Part shown: positions 51,201 to 58,000 of the stretch, piece by piece
Layout: every line of letters starts with the position of its first letter
How positions within the stretch are numbered: the stretch's first letter is position 1
Assembly: GCA_036558265.1 (NCBI GenBank)
Contig: DATBFY010000088.1
Coordinates: 1 to 59,982 of the forward strand
From: Tepidisphaeraceae bacterium
Lineage (GTDB): Bacteria > Planctomycetota > Phycisphaerae > Tepidisphaerales > Tepidisphaeraceae
DNA length: 59,982 bases
Direction: 5' to 3'
Notes under the pieces: model-generated
The model's database searches: none
Seen by the model: only the letters and a program-made list of their open reading frames with translations
Told to the model about the DNA's origin: nothing
Position numbers and translations under genes: made by a program

Positions 51201-52010
51201 GCCCAGGCGCCGACCGTCGGCTCAGTGCCTTTCGGCCACGCCTACTTCCAAGGGGGCGCACGGCAGGTCTTCACGTCCGCCCTGACCACCCTCGACTCCC
51301 TGACAATCCGCGGCAACGCGACCGCCGTCACGCTCGCCGCGGGTGGCAAAGTCCTCCGCACCGGCGGACTGTCCATTCAGGACGGCGGCACGCTCGACGT
51401 GAATGACGGATACGTGATCATCGACGCGAATGGATCAAGTGCGCAATCCACTCTTCTGTCTCAGGTCAACGACGCATTGCGCAGCGGCTATGCGGGAGCC
51501 CACTGGACCGGCACCGGAATCGTCTCCGGCGCCGCGCGCGCTGACGGCGCCGGAAAGACTGCCGTCGGCGTGCTTCTCAATGACAATGGCACCGGCCAGC
51601 CGCTGCTCACGGCCTTTGCCGGTCAAACCGTGGACGCCGGTGACATCCTCGTGCGTTACACGCTGATAGGCGACGCGGACCTCAGCGGCGCCGTGGACAC
51701 CGCCGACTTCTCGCGTCTCTACGCGGGTCTCACCCAACCCACCACTTACTGGGCCACCGGCGACTTCAACTATGACGCCCGAACCGATATCCGCGACTAT
51801 CAGGCTCTCGAATTGAACATCGGCAGCGTGCTGTCCGCCACGGTCACGACGGCCATGCCGGTGCCCGCGTCGACACCCGTCCGTCCCGCCGCGCCGCCGT
51901 CACCCAAGCGGCCCAAGCCCGCGCCGGTCGTGCGCCGGATCGTCCAATCGCCTCTCTTCTCGACCAAGCGAATCCCGTCGGCAAAGGCAGCAGCGGCTCG
52001 CCACAAGTGA
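45267..52010 (+). CDS. giant secreted/surface protein: LTD - 2x LamG - CotH-kinase-like - 3x LTD - dockerin-like
   Basis: GTG at 45267 with GAGGG 6 nt upstream; alternative GTG at 45318. N-terminus 'RARGTGIERLEPRLLLAADP'. LTD ~45429-45806 ('DWIEIQNKGDAAVNLLGWHLTDD'). Tandem LamG-like modules ~45990-46670 and ~46713-47384. CotH-like ~48250-49450 ('KKSFRIFFRNEYG', 'LILKGGHNYNW', 'FVQLYINGLYWGQYGVTEEPDESW'). LTDs ~49760-51200 ('FEFVELLNTGNKTVDL', 'AIELHNTTTADIDLSGWFLSD', 'LQYIEVQNVTDTALDVSGWRF'). Dockerin-like ~51663-51825 ('GDADLSGAVDTADF', 'GDFNYDARTDIRDY'). Pro/Lys-rich basic tail. Confidence 0.9.
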   Translation: MACAPSHVVYITEGVYTVAKSNRASRAKDRDRRSSRARGTGIERLEPRLLLAADPVITEFMASNGVSLADGNGDHPDWIEIQNKGDAAVNLLGWHLTDDPTKLDKWTFPARTLNAGQFLVVFASGNDSPDPAGNLHTNFTLDADGEYLALTRPNLSVATEFGSAGTNYPKQIEDVSYGPGTILDQQTVLGPGNSAKAFVPTNSALDDQRWTSPTFDDSAWGSGTTGVGFDTGGVEDVQPPPVLKSRWSADDLAASVGGGQTITSWTDPVGGKTAAGSGKPVFQTNVINGHAVVRFNPADGTDQLRVTAANSPMSGAEDYTIVVVFRTATAGVGGAGQWTQNTGIVDATQSGSTADWGLAINSSGQIGAGLGGPDVTTYSSGGLANGAAHVAVYTRVDDTVRLFVDGGDGTATAGSATARNAADMVFGSLQTNANYFNGDIAEVDVYQGGVDTATAYALAGQLGSKYAITVTAPSPVAPQPAVIAKWTADDLNTQADNTVVNTWVSSVGSASASHTGSPKLEKNQLNGHSVIRFDPSDGNDQLRIAAASSPMAGRGDFSLAVVFRTSTPGVGAATQWYNNTGIVDGEIGGVTNDWGLVVNGSGQVGAGLGNPDATLYSNNGQANGQAHVAVYTRRGASYELSIDGGVAYSGTGATAARTSADMVFGSLQTNINYYKGDIAEVQVYGGALDTGGVAQLAGQLAAKYGVALAPAPYDPLIGLDLQTAMSGQATSAYVRVPFTVDDPAAYDRLTLRMRYDDGFIAYLNGVEVARRNAPIGGVGFTSAAIAVRADSAALTPEDIDISSFASLLRGGGATNVLAIHALNSGVNDPDLLVIPELVLAKSTSGNAYFATPTPGTANGNGYLDYVRDVKFSVDRGIYNNPFTVDLTTSTPGATIVYTTDGSVPTLDNGTVVNAADANTPPIAHVNVATTTVLRATAFKNTLLPTNVDTSSYILISSVLTQKNVAPSGAYWDTEVDPNVVNATQTYSVTQALTAVPTISLVLPDADMFGPGGLYANPLSKGPAWERETSVEYFDPNNPTSEFQLDAGIRIQGGVDRDPSRPKKSFRIFFRNEYGAGKLNFPILGSDYPVSSFDTLILKGGHNYNWANAGGTPVARGDYLRDEFARRTQAALTGTSAQGTFVQLYINGLYWGQYGVTEEPDESWAAAHMGGDKSDYDVIQPNVDGSLSLLSGDFTAWNTMFSTADSAMANDNTIDNTEYGNIRKYVDVDNLIDYMMSIIYRGDQDAPTLIGNGVQPRNFYAIRKRAGGLFQFQTWDGEISLETTTADRTETAGNFNPARLYQQLRTNAEFRQLVADHVYKDFFNGGPLSEQATADRYRQLMQMIDVSIVGESARWGDAKREPAAMRDTDWLTETGWLLNTYFPQRTGIVFNQLKNDFAMLAVAPPQVKVNGQAQHGGNVNPGDSLTFVDPNTTGGGTIYYTIDGSDPRVAGGGVSASARLYTGAFAINQNLTVKMRIRNGTTWSAIDVVDFTIHTLAASGNLVVSEINYNPADPTPAELAVNPAFTADDFEFVELLNTGNKTVDLLNAHFDQGVSFNFGNTSIAPGQRAVLVRNASAFQARYGSSIPIAGVYSGTLSDGGEPLRLRAANSAIIDGFTYDNSGAWPGRADGKGSTLELISPTADVNDPANWRSSYEYGGTPGSAGVGPQDDVVVNEVLSNTDATAKDAIELHNTTTADIDLSGWFLSDSSNNYRKFRIPDGTMLPAGGYLVFDEDDFNPTPAAPGPNDFALDGAHGDDVWLLKAAPGNGLLLAFADSVHFDAAPVGVSLGRWPDATGKLYPMTTPTLGASNSGPRIGPAIISEIMYHPVGATTNEDLQYIEVQNVTDTALDVSGWRFDNGIDFSFPAGTVLAAHEPIVVVHFDPADATRLAAFRSAYGIDAGVRIVGPWSGTLSDIGETVRLARPDAPPATDPTFTPFVLVEEVAYDSAAPWPTGAATGAGQALARLSRATWGDDPTNWAAQAPTVGSVPFGHAYFQGGARQVFTSALTTLDSLTIRGNATAVTLAAGGKVLRTGGLSIQDGGTLDVNDGYVIIDANGSSAQSTLLSQVNDALRSGYAGAHWTGTGIVSGAARADGAGKTAVGVLLNDNGTGQPLLTAFAGQTVDAGDILVRYTLIGDADLSGAVDTADFSRLYAGLTQPTTYWATGDFNYDARTDIRDYQALELNIGSVLSATVTTAMPVPASTPVRPAAPPSPKRPKPAPVVRRIVQSPLFSTKRIPSAKAAAARHK

Positions 52011-52024
52011 CGATATAACTCGCC

Positions 52025-55000
52025 TCAACGGCGCTTAGGCCCGGCAGGCGCGCCCTTGAGCGAGAATACCTTTGACCGCGACACGGGCGACAACACCGAG
52101 TACGGCGTCTCCAGGTAATCACGCGTGAGCGATCTGGGCGGCATGGGGCGGGCGCCGAAGATCGGCGCGGGGGCCACCGGATCGCTTCCCGGTCCGCTCG
52201 CGAAGCGCACGCTGACCTTCCCCGGCAGCGCCTGGCCCAGGCCGGTATCCGCGGGGGCGTTGCCGATCGCGCGCGTGCTAAACGCCTTTTTCGGCGTCCT
52301 TGTCGGCGCGGGCTGGACGACGGGCCTGGGCGCAACCGCCGCTTTGGCCCTGGCCGCCGAAGAGGCGGGCGCCGGCTTCGGTGTGGGTTTCGGCGTCGGC
52401 TTAGGCGCCGCCGTTGGAGCGGGTGTCGATTGCGCGCTCACCGCGGCCAAAACCGATTCGATCGACGGCACCGGCGACGGCGACGCGAGCGGGGCCGCGG
52501 GCGAGCCGGCGGGCGGCAGCGACGTGTTGTACCGCTGCGCCAACGCCACCAGGTCGTTGAAATCGACGTTGCCGTCGTAGTTGAAGTCGCCCAGAGCAAG
52601 TTGTTTGCCGCCGGTGGTGTTGTAGTTCTGCGCCAGCTTCACCAAGTCGTTGAAATCGACGGCGGCATCGTGGTTGGCGTCGCCCGCCATGAAGAAGAAC
52701 GAGAGCTTGGCGTCACCGCCGGCCGAGCCGTCGCCGTTGCCGTCGAGTAGATTCCCCGAGCCGTCGGTGACGCCCGAGGCGAGCAGCGTTGCGGTGTAGC
52801 GGCCGTCGGGCAGCACGCCCGGCGCCAGACCCGCCGTGCCGGTGTAGGTGAAGGTCGCGGTGTTGCTGACGCCATTGTAGACGAGCGTGAAAGCGCTGGA
52901 CGGGATCGTCTGCCCGGTCGTCAGGTTGACCACCACAAGGTCCGCCGCCGAAAGGCTGGCGGACACATTCTCGCTGAACTGGAATGTGAGCACGTGCGGG
53001 CGAGTCAGATACGTGTATGAGCTGGCCAGCACGGCGGGCGGCGTGGCGTCCACGGTCAGCGTCGATTGGAACGCCGCCCCATTGCCCAGGGCGTTGCCCG
53101 CCTGGTCGAGGATGCCGGGCAGAATGCTCAGCCGCCAGTTCCCCGCGGGAAGGGCGCCGCCCAGCGCGATCGTCGCGGTCTTGGTCGCGGGGTTGTAGAC
53201 GACCGAGGTGATCCGGCTGGATTGGTCCACGTCGTCCGCATCGCCGAAGACGCCGTTTGCGCTGGAGACCAGGCGGTAGTTTGCCAGGCTCTGCACGATT
53301 CCGGCGTTCAGGCCGATGTTCTCGGTGAACGTCACCGTAAAGCTGGTGGGCCCCGTGCCCGTGGAACCGGAGGGCGTGACCGACGCCACGGTCGGCGCGG
53401 TCAGGTCGAGGCGGAACGTGCGCGAATAGGTTCCGCCGGCCGAGCCGTCGCCGTCCGCGTCAAGCGCGTTGCCGGCGCGATCGACGATGGCACTGGTGGG
53501 CGTGCCGGTGATGCGGAAGCGGTACTGGCCCTCGGGAAGCTCCGACGCGAGGTTCAGGCGAACCTGCAACTGATCCGGCAGGTACACGATCGAGGTGAAG
53601 GGCGTCACCACGTCGTCGATCGTGTCAAAGAGGCCGTCCGTCCCGGGCGAAACCACCGAGTAGAAGGCCGCGCTGGTTGCGCTGACCGATTCGAGCGCTT
53701 CGCTGAAGGTCAGGGTGATCGCGGAGATGTGGGCCGAGGAGAGCTGGCCGTCGACGCCGGGGAGCGGCGAGACCGAGACGAGGGTCGGCGGCGTCGAATC
53801 GGCGCTGGAGCCCAGGAACTCGTGGGCGCCGATGTCATAGAACTTGAACGTGCCCGCGCCGGTGTTGAGCGTGCCCAGGTCGTCCACGCGGTCGCGGTTG
53901 TCAGCGTCCTGAGGTTGGCCGCGGTCGCCGTCGGCCGAGTCGATCACCGGCGAGCTGGCGCGAAGGCCGAAGTTGTCGTCGCCGCCGAAGTCCGCGAACG
54001 CGCTGTTCTGGTCGGGCTGGGCCCAGCCGAGCAGGTTGTCCGCCCCGTCAACGTCGATGAAGAGCGGATCGGTCGAAAGCGAGTTGGCGTCCTTGCCGCT
54101 GGCGGTCTTCCAATCGGCGAGCGTCGCCGAAGTGGCGGCGGTCTTGTACTTGCCGACGTTGGCGCCGGCGAGGACGGGGAAGATGTCGTTGTAATTGCTG
54201 ACCCAGCCGTTGTCGGCGCCGATCAGTTCGATCCCCAGGCCCGACCGGACCACGATCAGGTTGTTGGCGATGACGAAGTTGTCGCCGTCGTTCTCCAGCT
54301 TCAGGGCGGATCCGGCGAGTTGGTAGAGCGTATTGTTGATGATGCGCACGCCAGCCGTGCCGCCGGTCGTGTCGTGGATGTAGATGCCCTGGGCGGCGTT
54401 CTGGTAGACGGTGTTGTTCGCGAGCAGCGTGCCCTGGGTGTTCTTGGCGGTAACCTCAATGCCCACCTTGTTGCCGTAGGCGTAGTTGGCGGTGACCGAG
54501 ACCGGCTCGGAATCGATCAGGATGCCGGAACCCGTGTTGCCGTAGGCGCGGTTGTGCGTGACCTGGCCCGATCGCGAGAGGATGCCGGTCGTGTTGCGGT
54601 AGGCGCGATTGTCGTGCAGGACCGTGTTGTCGGCCGACGTGTGGGCGTAGAAGCCCGTCGGGTTGAGGAACGCCGCATTAGCGTAGGCGTCGACGTTGTT
54701 CTCGAAATAGAAGCCGTTGCCGGTGTTGTCGTGGGCCGTGTTGTCGTGGACCGTCGAGCGCAGCGTCTCGTCGCTGTCGGCCACGTAGATGCCGCGGTCA
54801 TTGCCGCGGGCCTCGTTTCCGTAGACGTCCGCCTGGCCGGTCGTCACGGTCACACCGTTGACGTTGTTGTAGGTGAGGTTATTGCGGACGACGATCTGGT
54901 CGGCCGAGTCGATCACGATGCCGTTGGTGACCTGTCCGCCGACGTGGTAGGCGGTGTTGTTCTCCACCGTCATGTGGTCGGCGCGGAGGTAGAGGCCCGT

Positions 55001-58000
55001 ATCCTGGTTGACGTCCTCGCTGTAGGCGGTGCCGTAGGCGGTATTGCCTGAGATCAGCGCCTTGTCGGTCGCGTCATCCACGTAGATGCCCCAGAGGGCG
55101 TTCTCGAGCGCGGAGTTGCCGCTTAGCGTGAGGTTGTCGGCGTCGGCCATCCAGAAGCCGACATAGGCGCCGGTGGCCGTGAGGTTGCGAATCGTGACAT
55201 TGTTGGCGCCGGCGATCTCCAGGGCGTATTGCCCGGCGTTGACGTTGCCGCGATCGATGACCGCGGCGTCGGGTGCGGTCAGCAGGTAGTGCTTGCGAAT
55301 GGTGCTGGCGTCCAGCACGCGGTTGAAGGTCGCCACCTCGTCCATGCTTCCGGAGAAGAACTGGTCGCTGGCCCAGTTGCTTCGGCCCAGGTAGTTCTTC
55401 GTACGCGATGTGACGCGCGGGGCGTTGAGCTGGCCGGTGGCGATCAGCTTGCCGTTGCGGTAGACGGCCGCTGCGCCGCTACCCGTGAGCGTGACGGCGA
55501 TGTGCTGCCAGACGTTGGGCATGAGCGCACCGGTGATGCGGATGCCGCCACCGATCGAGCCCGAGTAGACCTCGAACCAAAGGTCGTCGGTGTTGTTGTA
55601 GCGCGAGAGGATGATGTTGTCGCTGGCCTGACCGTTCCCCAGGTCGAAGAGCCGCTCCCAGGCATTGTGCGAGTTGGGGTTGATCCAGCCCTCGTAGGTG
55701 AAGCCGCCCGACAAATCGTCGAAGTCGTTGGGTAACTGGACATGGCCGGTGGTGCCGTCGAGAGCGATGGCGGTGTCGGGATTGCCGGGCAGGGCGCCGG
55801 GGCGGTTTAGAGTGACGCCGCCTACGTAGGTGGCGGTGCGGTTGGCACCGGACAGGTCGTTGGCGTTCGTGCCTGACGTCTGATCGAACCGGTAATAATG
55901 CGACGGTCCGTCGGCAATAAGCACGTCGCCGTAATGGGCGGTCAGCGGGGAGGCGCCGGTCGGCCCCTGGATCGTGACGCCCGAATCCTGCGCGGTAATG
56001 CGCACGTTGCTAGACGCATTATAGATCCCGGTGTCCACGTAGACGACGTCGCCGGGATTCAGGTCGTACGCGGCCAGAAGGGCGGCCAGCGACGCCATTG
56101 GGTCGGCCGGCGTGGTACCCGAGTTGGCGTTGCTGCCGGCCGCCGTCGTGTACTGGTCGCCGATCGTCGAGCCGTCGTTCACGTAGTACGCGTTGCCGGC
56201 GGCGCCGACGACGAAGTTGTCGTCGGAGATGTCCACGATGGTTGCATCGCCGTGTGAGCGGATGCGGATCCGCCCCTGCGACGTGCTGACGCCCGGATTC
56301 CAAATGTACGAGCCGTCATTGGCCTCGTTGGTGGCGACGGTGGTCCAGGTTTGGCCGCCGTCGGCGCTGAAGTCGATATCCACCGCGCCGACGTTTCCGA
56401 CCGACCGCCAGCGGATGAGGCTCGCGGCGTTCTTGCGGACCTTCTCGCCACCGTTGAACGTCAGCAGTTGCAGCAGGTTGGCCTGCGAGCGCGAGGCCTC
56501 GGCCGTGTTGCCCTCGAACCCGAGATTGACGCGCCCGCCGTTTGCGGCCGTCTCGTTGGCGAACGCGGAGGTCGGATCGCCTGCGTCGATCGCGGACGAA
56601 TCGATTGCGTCGGCGGTGAAAGCCCCGTTGTGATAACTACCCGCGCGGGATGAGAGGTGATAATCGGCAACCGGCGGCGTCGGCGCGGCGGTCGAGGACG
56701 GCCGCAGCACCTGGCGCGTCGAGCCAACCGCGTTGCCAGGCGTCGCCGATTCCTCGGCGCGGAGCAACCGGCGCGACGGATTGTCCGGCGTCGCCCACGA
56801 GAGGAACGCCTGCGCGTTGCCGCCGCCGGACGGGTCCATCACCTCGTACGCGAAGTCGACCCAGCCCGGCGCGGCGGCCGTGTACGTCGCGCTCTTCTCC
56901 TGGTTCGACGGTGAATTGAAGTCGTCGATAATCGCGCTGCCCGCGACCTTCAATCGCTGCGGGCCGAGCGAGCTGATCCAGAATGTGTATGTCCCCGCGA
57001 CGGGGAGGTAGACCTGACCGCTCCACCGAAACGATTGGTTGTCATCGGGCAGCCCGCGGAAGCCGTTGAATGGCGCGAAGGCGACGACGCGGTCCGTCTG
57101 GGTAACGAACGCGTTGCCGTCCGATTCCGGAGTGAAAGTTCGGTTGCGGAAGCCTTCGAACTTGAGGCCCACCGTCGCCGCGCCAAGTCCGACGTTCTGC
57201 GGACCGACGGAACTCACGAACCGGGGATCGTCGGCGAGCGAATGGGCCTCGAACCCGAGTTCGAATCGCACGTCCGCCAGCATGGCGAACGGGTTCTGCC
57301 AGAAGTAGGGCACGGCCCCGCCCGTGGCGTTGAGCAGATTGTAGTCGGAGCTGAACCCCTGCTGGGCGGTGTTGGCGACGTTCACGTCATAGCGCCCCGC
57401 GCCGCCGGCCCAGAGGATGTTGTTCTTCAGGGATACGTTCCGCGAACCCTGGGAGATCTGGATCGCGTCGGCGCTGGGCTCGTGAACGGTGTTGTTCACC
57501 AGCGTGTGACCGCCGCCGGTCGTGTTCACGTTGTCGAGCCAGATGCCGCGCAGGCCGTCGGCGTAGACCAGGTTGTTTGAGATCGTGACGGAGTTGTTGA
57601 CGTTGGAATAGATCCCCGTCAGCGCGTTGTTGTGCGAGCGGTTGCCGGTGACCAGGGACGAACCGCTCACCAGCAGGATGCCGGTATTGTTGTTGTACGC
57701 CTCGCTGCCCTTGAGCGTGCCGCTGCCGACCGAGATGCCGACGTCGTTGTTGTACGCCTTCACGTCGTGGACCACGCCCGCGTACCCGTTACGGATCGAG
57801 AAGCCCGTCCCATTGTCATGCGCGATCGAGTTGTACACCTCGGCCGTGTTCCCGCTCCAGTTAATGTCAAATCCGGTCGAGTCCCCCCACGCCGCGTTGT
57901 CGTACGCGCGGCTCGGATCGGAAGCCGAGTTGTCGTAGATGAAGAACCCAGTGCCGCTGTCCCAGACGAGGTTGCCGGACACCTCGAAAGCCCCGGCGGT

